A stretch of 64,000 bases of DNA from Mycobacterium sp. (GTDB lineage Bacteria > Actinomycetota > Actinomycetes > Mycobacteriales > Mycobacteriaceae), in contig JAFAID010000253.1 in assembly GCA_019236925.1 (NCBI GenBank), positions 28,250 to 92,249 on the forward strand, written 5' to 3'. How positions within the stretch are numbered: position 1 is the stretch's first letter; every line of letters starts with the position of its first letter. Below, in pieces: positions 53,559 through 62,051 of the stretch. The position numbers were made by a program, and so were the translations under genes. Under the pieces are notes generated by a model. The model was not told the DNA's origin, searched no databases, and was given only the letters and a program-made list of their open reading frames with translations.

Positions 53559-54560
53559 TCAGTAGGTATTGAAGAACAACAGTTCCAGGGACTCGAATAC
53601 GCTCTGGAATGGTCCGCTGTCGGCAACCCCGTGCTCAAGTAATGCAGTGAGCCACGCGTCGACATTATTGACGTCGCTGTCGGAGATGTCGACATAGGTG
53701 AGGTCCCCGTCGGTCGACGTGGTCGCATCCGCGATCTGCGCCGGCGTCAACCCCAGGTATTCCACGTGCGGGCCGAATACGTCTAGCAGTGCGCCCGACA
53801 GGCCCTGGGTTTCGAAGACCTGTTGGAAGTTGGGAACCGGATCGGGGTCCAGACTGTAGATGGTCGCCGGGTAGAGATCATCCGGTGTCAAGTTGCCCAG
53901 GACGCCGTCAAAGCCGAGGTCGGTGAGAATGGAGTTCGTCAGACTCGAGCCGAATAACGCGTCCATGTCTGGTTCCAGATTGGGCCATATACCGCCCGGG
54001 GTGGAGGGGTCGCCGATGAACACGAAGTGCAGATCGGCGCTGGGGATGCCGTCTGCTTCGAGTCGGCTCATTGCGATCGACTCAGCCGTGGCGCTCTGCG
54101 AGTATCCGAAAATCGTCAGCGGATGCTCGGCGCTGAAAGCGCCCGGGTCCGCGTTGAATTCGTTCTCCACGGCGAGGACGACGTCGTCCGCGCCTGTGAG
54201 ACTACTCGGGCCCTGCTGGAACAGCTCGGGTGTCGTCAGCACCTGCAGCGGCGCGGTGCACGGGTCGGTCCCGATCATGTCGCATACCGTCGAGCCGATC
54301 GCGCCACCATCGAAACCCAGCGGGTGCAGATACAGATCCTCGGCGGCCTGCGCGAAAGCGGTCGACGGCGTCGGCTCGCCGGTTCCGCCAAGGATGATCG
54401 CCGTATCGCTCCCCGCTAGCGGGTCGTCCACGTCGGCGTACGCAGCTGCGCTGTTCAGCGCGCTAGCCATGCCAACCATCGCGCCAACGGCGCCAACGTG
54501 CACGAGCAACTTGTGTCGAATCACCGCTGCGCCCCGCCCCATAACCGTGATCTGCGCCAT
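53559..54560 (-). CDS. PE-PPE domain (serine hydrolase/cutinase-like) secreted protein
   Basis: Signal peptide; ILGGTG.PTP, TPE, FGYSQSA, FVFIGDP. Confidence 0.88.
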   Translation of the reverse strand: MAQITVMGRGAAVIRHKLLVHVGAVGAMVGMASALNSAAAYADVDDPLAGSDTAIILGGTGEPTPSTAFAQAAEDLYLHPLGFDGGAIGSTVCDMIGTDPCTAPLQVLTTPELFQQGPSSLTGADDVVLAVENEFNADPGAFSAEHPLTIFGYSQSATAESIAMSRLEADGIPSADLHFVFIGDPSTPGGIWPNLEPDMDALFGSSLTNSILTDLGFDGVLGNLTPDDLYPATIYSLDPDPVPNFQQVFETQGLSGALLDVFGPHVEYLGLTPAQIADATTSTDGDLTYVDISDSDVNNVDAWLTALLEHGVADSGPFQSVFESLELLFFNTY

Positions 54561-54574
54561 CGCATCTTCTTATC

Positions 54575-54594
54575 TGAACTTAAGCTTAGGTTCA
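54575..54594. promoter_or_regulatory. 20-bp near-perfect palindrome upstream of the PE-PPE gene
   Basis: TGAACTTAAGCTTAGGTTCA; CTTAAGCTT recurs at 54602-54610. Confidence 0.5.
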
Positions 54595-54638
54595 AGCAGT
54601 TCTTAAGCTTTGGATTAGCGGAGATGTTGTGGATCGAA

Positions 54639-55475
54639 TCAGCAGACGTAATTCTCGCCGCTCGCCCGTACCGTCACATCGCTGATGTTGATTCCCCACG
54701 GCTGGTCGATGACATGTACCACCGCGTTCGCCAGGTCATCGGGGGTGATCAGCCAGTACTCCATTGAGTCCACGTCCATCTGCGCGGGTCGAAGGGCTCC
54801 GCTCTGCAGGTTGCCGGCATTCTCGATGAACTGGGCGGCCTTCTGCCCGGCGATGCCGATGACCGCGGCTTCGTTGACGACCCCGCTGGCAAGATTGGTC
54901 CCGAGGACGCCGGTCGGCTTGACGTTGGTCACCTTGATCTTGCCCTGGGCCTCGACCCGCAACGAATCCGAAAGCACATCGACCGCCGCCTTGGTCGCGC
55001 TGTAGACGCCGGAGCCTTCGGTCCCGGCGTTGCCGTAGATGGACGAAATGTTGACGACGTGGCCTTGGCCCTGCTTGATCATCGAGTCGTAGACGGCCGA
55101 GATGCCATTCACGACGCCTTTGATGTTGATGTCGATCGCCTTGTGCCATCGTTCCCAAGCGCGTTCGTGGTCAGCGAAAAACGCCAACGGCATCACGCCG
55201 GCGTTGTTCACGATCACGTCGATGCGACCGTAAGTGTCGACGGCGTGTTGGCCCGCCGCTTTGACCTGGGCCATGTCGGTAACGTCCGCAACCTGGGTGG
55301 TGCCTTCGAAGCCGGCGGCTCGGATGCCCTCGAAGACCTCGTTCAAGCCTTCGACGTTGACGTCCACGCCGACGACCTTGGCGCCACCGGCTGCACACTT
55401 TTCCGAAATCAGCTTGCCGAAGCCGCTAGCTGCGCCGGTCACGATAATGACCTTGTCGTTCAAGTACTTCGACAT
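54639..55475 (-). CDS. Short-chain dehydrogenase/reductase
   Basis: TGAASGFG, NNAGVMPL, YSATK. Confidence 0.93.
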   Translation of the reverse strand: MSKYLNDKVIIVTGAASGFGKLISEKCAAGGAKVVGVDVNVEGLNEVFEGIRAAGFEGTTQVADVTDMAQVKAAGQHAVDTYGRIDVIVNNAGVMPLAFFADHERAWERWHKAIDINIKGVVNGISAVYDSMIKQGQGHVVNISSIYGNAGTEGSGVYSATKAAVDVLSDSLRVEAQGKIKVTNVKPTGVLGTNLASGVVNEAAVIGIAGQKAAQFIENAGNLQSGALRPAQMDVDSMEYWLITPDDLANAVVHVIDQPWGINISDVTVRASGENYVC

Positions 55476-55482
55476 CGCTTTC

Positions 55483-56526
55483 CTATCTGCTCGCGCGGTA
55501 CGCCGCGACGACGGGCTCGAGTTCGTCGGGTGTCGCGCCGTGCATGATCACCGCGTCGGCCCCATAGTCGAATTCTTTAACGATGCGTTGCACGCACTGT
55601 TGGGCCGACCCGGTGGCCGACGGTTCCAGCCATTCATCGGGAATCAGGGCGGCGATGTGTTCGATCTGCTCGGGGGTGGCCTTGTGATCGATCCCGCCGG
55701 CGATAGACGTCACCACGGAGTCCTCCCGAAAGCGTTGCAGCACAGCTGGATCCCAGTTGTTGGTCTGCACCATCAGATCGCCGTAGCCCTGTAGATAGGT
55801 GGCCAGCCGCGCGACGGTTTTCTTCAGCCGCAGCTGTTCGGGCAGGTGATCGCCAACGGTTGCGAAGCACGACCACACTCGCACGCTGTGCGGGTCGCGG
55901 CCGGCCTTTTCCGCGGCTGACTTGACGGTTTTGACGCAGCGCTGCAGCGTCTCCGGGGTGAAGTAGGTGTGCAGGATGACGTCGTCGAAAACCCGGCCCC
56001 CGAGCGCAAGCGTGTTAGGCCCGAAAGCCACCAGCGCCAGCCGGATGTCTTCGTTGAAGTCGGGGTCGAGAAACAGTATGGGGTACTTGCCCATCGGCCC
56101 GTCGTGGTTGAAGATCACCTCGCCGTGCCAGAGCCGGCGCATGACCTGGGCCCAATCCTCCATCTGTGCAGTCGTCACCGCCGGTATGCCGAATGCCCCG
56201 TAGATCGCGGCGATACCACGGCCGACGCCCAGGGTGAACCGGCCGTCGGACAGCCGATGCATGGTGGTCGCCCACGATCCGGTGATCAGCGGGTGACGGG
56301 TGTTGTGATTGGTTGCGGCGGTGGCGATCTGCATCCTGCTGGTCACCGCGCAGGCGGCACCGACCAGCGACGACGCTTCTTTGACGTTCCAGCGCTCGGA
56401 GATGAACGCGGTCCCGAAGCCCAAGGCCTCGCCGCGGCGCGCCTCGTCCATCAAGGTTGCCGGGCCCTCACCACCGGCCCCGGCCAGCAGGTAGTACCCC
56501 AGTTCGTCAAGCGTGCGATCGCTCAA
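55483..56526 (-). CDS. F420-dependent LLM-class oxidoreductase
   Basis: ELGYYLLAG, FISERWNVKE, ATNHNTRHP, GRFTLGVGRG. Confidence 0.9.
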   Translation of the reverse strand: MSDRTLDELGYYLLAGAGGEGPATLMDEARRGEALGFGTAFISERWNVKEASSLVGAACAVTSRMQIATAATNHNTRHPLITGSWATTMHRLSDGRFTLGVGRGIAAIYGAFGIPAVTTAQMEDWAQVMRRLWHGEVIFNHDGPMGKYPILFLDPDFNEDIRLALVAFGPNTLALGGRVFDDVILHTYFTPETLQRCVKTVKSAAEKAGRDPHSVRVWSCFATVGDHLPEQLRLKKTVARLATYLQGYGDLMVQTNNWDPAVLQRFREDSVVTSIAGGIDHKATPEQIEHIAALIPDEWLEPSATGSAQQCVQRIVKEFDYGADAVIMHGATPDELEPVVAAYRASR

Positions 56527-57650
56527 TTGACAACTCCTTGCAGGAATCGCTCGGTGACGCGCTGCACGCGCCGCGAGAACACGTGGCCGACATGGCCGCC
56601 GTCATACCAGTACAACTGGCCACCCCAGCGCTCCTGCAACGCGGTAGCGGGTTCGCGCATCGCCATCCGGTCATGCCATGCCCCGACGATGAGCCGCCGC
56701 TGCGGCGGCGGTGCCGGGTCGACGGCCAGCGGGTCGATCACCGAGGTCAGCTTCGAGACCACCGGTGACCCCAGCAGCTCCCGGTATCCGTTGCGCGAGG
56801 AACCCCAGCGCCCGAGGTGTCGCGCGATCATCGCGTTCAGCCCCAGAATCGGGGTGTACAGCGCAACCGCATCGACCTGCCTCTCCAGGTGCGAGACCAG
56901 CGCAGCCACCGGGCTGCCCATCGAAATCCCCGCCACCACAACCGCGTTGGCCTGTCGTTGTGCCCATCGCACCACCGTGCGCACCTCCGAGACCGCGCGC
57001 ATCATGCCGGCGACATTGGCCAGTGGATCCATGTCCGGGTAGGCCGGCCAGTGGCCGCGTCGGGATCCGTGGCCGGGCTGCACCGGCATCGCGACGTTGA
57101 ACCCCAGCCCACGATGTATTCGGTCGATCCGCGACAGCAACATGTCGTCGGCGCGGCCCTGACCGGCGCCGTGCACCCAGATCAGCCACGGCCTCTGACC
57201 GTCGCGGTGCCGGCACAGGTGTACCACCGCCCGCGCCGGGCCACCCAGGCCGTCGGCTTCCAGCGTCTTCGGTAGCGCCGGATCATGTTCGAACGTCATC
57301 CGCTCGTACGCCAGCCCGCCGATGCGCCGCCGTCGTATCCCGTGCACCAGCAAGGGTTGTGGGTCCGCATGCGCCCGGTCGATGCCCAGGGCCGACAATT
57401 CCTCAGCCGCTGCTTCGCAAGCACTCAACGGCCGCATCGCCGCCGGGCCTCCCCCAAGCAGCGAAAACCCGGACAGCACAAGTTCATCCAGCATGACTTC
57501 GCCGAACTGACGCACACCGCGCGGTGACACCGGGACCCACCCGGTCGATTCATTGAGGCCGGCCACCGTACGCGGCAGGACCATGCCCAGCTCGCGAGCC
57601 AGGTCACGGGTGAGGCCCAGACCGCGCGTTGCCAACGACATGCAGCTCAC
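56523..57650 (-). CDS. Alpha/beta hydrolase family protein
   Basis: WVHGAG, GISMG nucleophile elbow, HDRM, GGH. Confidence 0.82.
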   Translation of the reverse strand: MSCMSLATRGLGLTRDLARELGMVLPRTVAGLNESTGWVPVSPRGVRQFGEVMLDELVLSGFSLLGGGPAAMRPLSACEAAAEELSALGIDRAHADPQPLLVHGIRRRRIGGLAYERMTFEHDPALPKTLEADGLGGPARAVVHLCRHRDGQRPWLIWVHGAGQGRADDMLLSRIDRIHRGLGFNVAMPVQPGHGSRRGHWPAYPDMDPLANVAGMMRAVSEVRTVVRWAQRQANAVVVAGISMGSPVAALVSHLERQVDAVALYTPILGLNAMIARHLGRWGSSRNGYRELLGSPVVSKLTSVIDPLAVDPAPPPQRRLIVGAWHDRMAMREPATALQERWGGQLYWYDGGHVGHVFSRRVQRVTERFLQGVVN

Positions 57651-59270
57651 CTAAGCCAGTTTGAAGCCGGTGTATCCGTCGGCCGCGATTTCATCGCAGC
57701 GGCGCCGGTATTCGGGGATACCGCCGGTATAGCCCATATACATCCGTTTCTTGCCGGGCACATTGCCACCGTTGTACCAGGAGTTGCACGACGGGTGGAC
57801 CAGCACCGTCGCCGCGACGAGCGAGGTGGCGTGGTCGACCCACTCCTGCTGCGCGGTAGGTAGCGCCTCGATCGTGCGAATTCCGTTGGCGCGCAGGTAT
57901 GTGATGCACTCACTGATCCACTCCACATGCTGTTCGAGCGCGGCGACGAAGTTGGTGGCCGCACTCGGGCTGCCCGGACCCTGGATCGTGAACAGGTTGG
58001 GGAAGCCGGCGACCGCCAGCCCCAGATACGACAGCGGCCCTTCGGTCGCCCAAAATTCACCGAGCGACAGCCCGTCGCGCCCTCGGATGTCGATACGACT
58101 CAGCGCGCCGGTCATGGCATCGAACCCGGTGGCGTAGACGATCACGTCGAGATCGTAGGCACCTTGCTCGGTGCGAATGCCCGTCGGTGTCACGTCGCGG
58201 ATCGGTCGCCTCCGCAGGTCGACAAGCGTCACGTCGTCGCGGTTGAACGTCTGGTAGTAGCCCTGGTCGATGATCGGCCGCTTACACGCGAACGGGTGGT
58301 CGGGCACCAAGGCCGCCGCCGTTTCCGGATCCTTGACGATCCGCGCTACCGCCTCGCCGTACAACTTGGCGGCCATCCGGTTGGCGTCGATGTCGAAGAA
58401 GATGTCGCCCCAATTCAGGGCACCCAGCACGCCGTTGGCTTCGATGGCACGCAGCTGGTCTTCGCGCGACGCCGATTTCAACGGCGGCTTACCGAGCATC
58501 CCGAGCAGCACCGAGAACGCGCTGAGCCGGGCCGCCCCGACCGGGTGTGCTCGTTGGGCCGCGCGGACGTCGTCGTAGTGCGCTTTCATCTCGTCCAGCT
58601 CGCCGGGCTCGAGCCGGCGCACCTGCCACGGCAGCGTGTACGCCGGCGAACGCTGAAATACGAAGAGCTGCAACGCTTCCTGGGCGACCACCGGGATGAG
58701 CTGAACGCCAGACGAGCCAGTGCCGATGACGCCGACCCGTTTTCCGGCAAGGTCGACGTCCTCCTTCGGCCACCGGTTGGTGAACAATGACGTTCCGGCG
58801 AACTCGGCCATCCCGGGGATGTCGGGTTCCAGCGGCGCGGACAGGATGCCGGTCGCGGCGACCACGAATGGGGCTCTGAAGGTCTCCCCCGTTTCGGTTG
58901 ATACCACCCACACCGCGGCCTGCTCGTCGAAGGCCATCGCGACGACCTTGGTGTCGAACTGGATGTCGCGGCGAAGATCAAGCCGGTCGGCGACGAAGTT
59001 GAGGTAGGCCTCGACCTCGGGTTGGGCCGGCATCGTCTCCGTCCACACCCATTCCTGCTGGATCTCGTCGGAGAAGCTGTACGAGTACTCAATGCTCTCG
59101 ATGTCACAGCGGGCGCCGGGGTAGCGGTTGTACAGCCAAGTCCCGCCGACGTTTTCGGCCATTTCCAGCACCCGGGTGCGCATTCCGAGCTGCCGCAGCC
59201 GATGCAGGGTGTACAAGCCGGAGAACCCCGCGCCGATGACGACCACATCGAAGCGGGAGTTATCCACCAT
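57651..59270 (-). CDS. Baeyer-Villiger-type flavin monooxygenase
   Basis: GAGFSG, GGTWLYNRYPGARCD, GTGSSG, ATGFDAMTG, SWYNGGNVPGK. Confidence 0.93.
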   Translation of the reverse strand: MVDNSRFDVVVIGAGFSGLYTLHRLRQLGMRTRVLEMAENVGGTWLYNRYPGARCDIESIEYSYSFSDEIQQEWVWTETMPAQPEVEAYLNFVADRLDLRRDIQFDTKVVAMAFDEQAAVWVVSTETGETFRAPFVVAATGILSAPLEPDIPGMAEFAGTSLFTNRWPKEDVDLAGKRVGVIGTGSSGVQLIPVVAQEALQLFVFQRSPAYTLPWQVRRLEPGELDEMKAHYDDVRAAQRAHPVGAARLSAFSVLLGMLGKPPLKSASREDQLRAIEANGVLGALNWGDIFFDIDANRMAAKLYGEAVARIVKDPETAAALVPDHPFACKRPIIDQGYYQTFNRDDVTLVDLRRRPIRDVTPTGIRTEQGAYDLDVIVYATGFDAMTGALSRIDIRGRDGLSLGEFWATEGPLSYLGLAVAGFPNLFTIQGPGSPSAATNFVAALEQHVEWISECITYLRANGIRTIEALPTAQQEWVDHATSLVAATVLVHPSCNSWYNGGNVPGKKRMYMGYTGGIPEYRRRCDEIAADGYTGFKLA

Positions 59271-59727
59271 CCGACCAGGTCTCCGGGAGGGGGAAATCAC
59301 CGCTGACCTTAAGGATGGTTCGGGTCAGGTGCAGGGTTTTGATCCGCCAGGTGCCGTGCTGTTTCTCGTAGGTCTCCCGGTAATGACCGGCGCCGTGCAA
59401 TTCGCGGCCCTCGCGGAAGATGATCCAGTCTTCCATCGCCCAAATGCCGGTTGCGCTCGTAGGTGAGGTAAGCGTGATCTCCGGGGTATGACAATGGTGC
59501 ATGGTGGCCGCGTTCTCCAGGCTCGCCAACACCATCGGCACGAAGTTGTCCACGCCCGCTACCGGTGGGGCGGTCATCGGGTCGGCTCCGCCGGTGGAAA
59601 CCGCCATATCCAGCTTCACCACCACATCGGCGGTGAACACGCTGCGCCACCCCTCGACGTCTTTGGCGTCCAGAAACCGGCAATAACGCGCCTTCAACTG
59701 CCGAATCGCTTCAAGATCGTCAGCCAC
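59260..59727 (-). CDS. SnoaL/NTF2-like (BaiE-like) protein
   Basis: IRQLKARYCRFLD.KD, HHCHTPEI, GIWAMED, GAGHY.E.Y. Confidence 0.88.
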   Translation of the reverse strand: MADDLEAIRQLKARYCRFLDAKDVEGWRSVFTADVVVKLDMAVSTGGADPMTAPPVAGVDNFVPMVLASLENAATMHHCHTPEITLTSPTSATGIWAMEDWIIFREGRELHGAGHYRETYEKQHGTWRIKTLHLTRTILKVSGDFPLPETWSDGG

Positions 59728-59756
59728 CCTGCTGCGCCTCCTCGGCCCGAAATCTA

Positions 59757-59775
59757 TACTGTAACGTATTTAGTA
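59757..59775. promoter_or_regulatory. TAC-N13-GTA operator-like motif overlapping TATACT
   Basis: TACtGTAAcgtatttaGTA in a divergent promoter. Confidence 0.55.
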
Positions 59776-59804
59776 TCACTGGGACGAGGGCAGGAGGCGC
59801 TGGT

Positions 59805-60797
59805 GTGAAGGTCCCGTTCACCTGGAAAGTCACCGGATGGTTCATGGTCGGCTGGTCGCCCGAATTTCCCATCGGCGAGGTCCGGCCCCTGCACTATTTC
59901 GGTGAGGATTTGGTGGCCTACCGCGACGAGTCCGGTGAGCTGCATGTGTTGGAGGCGCACTGCAAGCACCTCGGCGCCCACATCGGCCACGGCGGCACCG
60001 TCGTCGGCGACTGCGTCCAGTGCCCCTTCCACGGCTGGCGGTGGGGCCCGGATGGCACCAACCGATACATCCCCTATCAGCCGGACCGGCCCAACCGCGC
60101 ATTACGGCTGCGGGTTTTTCCGGTGCGGGAACAATACGACTGCGTGTTCATCTGGCATCAGCCGGACGGCAAGGAGCCGCAGTGGGAAATGCCGGACATC
60201 TTCCGGAAGTTCCCGCAATTCGAGACCGATCCAGCGGCCTACTACCGCGCGTACCCGGAGTTCTCCCGCCGAGCGGAGCGCGAACCGGTACATCCGCAAG
60301 TAGTCGCAGAAAACGCCCCCGACAGCACGCATTTCGAGTATGTGCACCACGCCACGGTCACGCCGCGGGTGCTGGACTGGACGATCGTCGACCACGAATG
60401 GCAATTCATTGCGGGCTGGCCAGACGCCAGCAGCGACAACCCCGACGATCTCGCGCTGCGGTTTCACAGCCACTTGTTCGGTCTCGGCGGAGCAATCAGC
60501 GTCTTCGAGGGCGCGCAGAACCATCGGCTGATTTTCACCTGCACACCGGTCGATGACGAGTGCTCCGACCTGTTCTATTCGATCTGGTGGCCCCGACTGC
60601 CCGGTGATGACTCCGCTGTGCCGCAGGGCAAGCTGCGCGACGTCATCGAAAAGCAGTTCCTTTCCACCGTGTTCGACGATCTGCAAATCTGGCGCTACCA
60701 GAAGTACGTGGAACATCCGCCGCTCTCTAAAGTCGACGCGAAAGGCTATATGGCACTGCGGAAGTGGGCGACCCAGTTCTACGAAGTGCCAGCATGA
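59805..60797 (+). CDS. KshA-like Rieske monooxygenase
   Basis: CKHLG..CPFHGW; ENAPDSTHFEYVH; DLQIW..K. Confidence 0.92.
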   Translation: MKVPFTWKVTGWFMVGWSPEFPIGEVRPLHYFGEDLVAYRDESGELHVLEAHCKHLGAHIGHGGTVVGDCVQCPFHGWRWGPDGTNRYIPYQPDRPNRALRLRVFPVREQYDCVFIWHQPDGKEPQWEMPDIFRKFPQFETDPAAYYRAYPEFSRRAEREPVHPQVVAENAPDSTHFEYVHHATVTPRVLDWTIVDHEWQFIAGWPDASSDNPDDLALRFHSHLFGLGGAISVFEGAQNHRLIFTCTPVDDECSDLFYSIWWPRLPGDDSAVPQGKLRDVIEKQFLSTVFDDLQIWRYQKYVEHPPLSKVDAKGYMALRKWATQFYEVPA

Positions 60798-61426
60798 GCG
60801 ATCTACTTGAACTCGCCGCGCCCACACACACCGCGATCGTCACCCAGGAGTGCCAAGGAGCCGTCATCGGCCCCAACGCCGGGCTCAAGATGCTTGCCGA
60901 GGAAGCACGCCGCGTTGCGCTGCCCAACATTACGAGGCTGCTGCCCGCGGCTCGAGCGGCAGGCGTGCGCGTCGTGCACTGCCTGGTGCAACGACGACCC
61001 GACGGGCTCGGCGCCAATCACAATGCGAAGATCTTCGCCATCGGACGCGGCGAAGTGAACATCCTTCCGGGCACGCCCGGAGCCGCCGTCTTGCCCGAGT
61101 TGGGTCCCGAGCCAACCGATCTGGTGCTGAGCAGATGGCACGGTATCGGCCCGATGGGCGGCACCGACCTCGACGCGATCTTGCGGAACCTCGGAGTGTC
61201 CACGATCGTCGTGGTCGGTGTTTCGCTGAATATCGCAATCCCGAACCTGGTCATGGACGCGGTCAACGCCGCCTATCGCGTCGTCGTGCCGCGCGATGCG
61301 GTCGCCGGCGTTCCCGCCGAGTACGGCGAGGCCATCATCGACAACACGCTGTCCCTGCTCGCGACCATCACCAGCACCGAGGATCTGCTCCAGACGTGGG
61401 GCCAGGCTGAGGAGGGGCCGCTATGA
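60794..61426 (+). CDS. Isochorismatase/cysteine hydrolase family protein
   Basis: TAIVTQECQ, LDAILRNLGVSTIVVVGVS, YRVVVPRDAV. Confidence 0.87.
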   Translation: MSDLLELAAPTHTAIVTQECQGAVIGPNAGLKMLAEEARRVALPNITRLLPAARAAGVRVVHCLVQRRPDGLGANHNAKIFAIGRGEVNILPGTPGAAVLPELGPEPTDLVLSRWHGIGPMGGTDLDAILRNLGVSTIVVVGVSLNIAIPNLVMDAVNAAYRVVVPRDAVAGVPAEYGEAIIDNTLSLLATITSTEDLLQTWGQAEEGPL

Positions 61427-62043
61427 CCGAAGCCGCGTCCACCACCCGAGGCGGATTTCCAGAAGTCAGACCGGTTGAGGACGCACCACCCGAACTGGGC
61501 CGGTTCGTTGCCGCGCTGCATCGCCTGCAGGATCTAACCGTCTCGACGCGTCCTGACAGTGAACTGTGGGCCGCCGCGGCCGAGCACGTCGAGAACGCGT
61601 GCGCGTCACTCGACGGCCACCAGGTTCCGGAAATCGAGGCGGTGGCCGGCCGGGTCCTCGATCTGCCCGGGTTGGGCCATCCGCTGCTGCCGCCGTGGTC
61701 GCTGACGAGTGCTGGCACCGACGGTGTCACCATGACCGGGCACTTCACCCAATCCCATGTCGGCGGGAACCAGGCCGTTCACGGCGGCATGATCCCGCTG
61801 TTGTACGACTGGCTATTCGGGATGGTGGTCACTACCGCGGAGATTCGCCCGACCCGAACGGCATACCTGCACGTCGACTACCGCAAGATCACCCCGATCG
61901 ACGAACCACTGACGGCCCATGGCCGCATCTCCGAGATCGACGGCAGGAAGGTTTTCATCACCGCTACCATGGCTTCGGCCGACGGCACTCTGCTCAGCGA
62001 AGCCAACGGCCTGATGGTCCGTTTGCTTCCGCACCAGCCGTGA
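61423..62043 (+). CDS. PaaI-family thioesterase
   Basis: HVGGNQAVHGG..D..G, TAYLHVDYR..TP. Confidence 0.9.
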   Translation: MTEAASTTRGGFPEVRPVEDAPPELGRFVAALHRLQDLTVSTRPDSELWAAAAEHVENACASLDGHQVPEIEAVAGRVLDLPGLGHPLLPPWSLTSAGTDGVTMTGHFTQSHVGGNQAVHGGMIPLLYDWLFGMVVTTAEIRPTRTAYLHVDYRKITPIDEPLTAHGRISEIDGRKVFITATMASADGTLLSEANGLMVRLLPHQP

Positions 62044-62051
62044 GAGGCCTG

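Noticed and set aside
23797-60797. Assignment as the canonical cholesterol (KstR) locus with kstD/kshA/fadD19 gene names
   Set aside because: Only family-level similarity; hallmark neighbours were not recognised, so gene symbols were withheld
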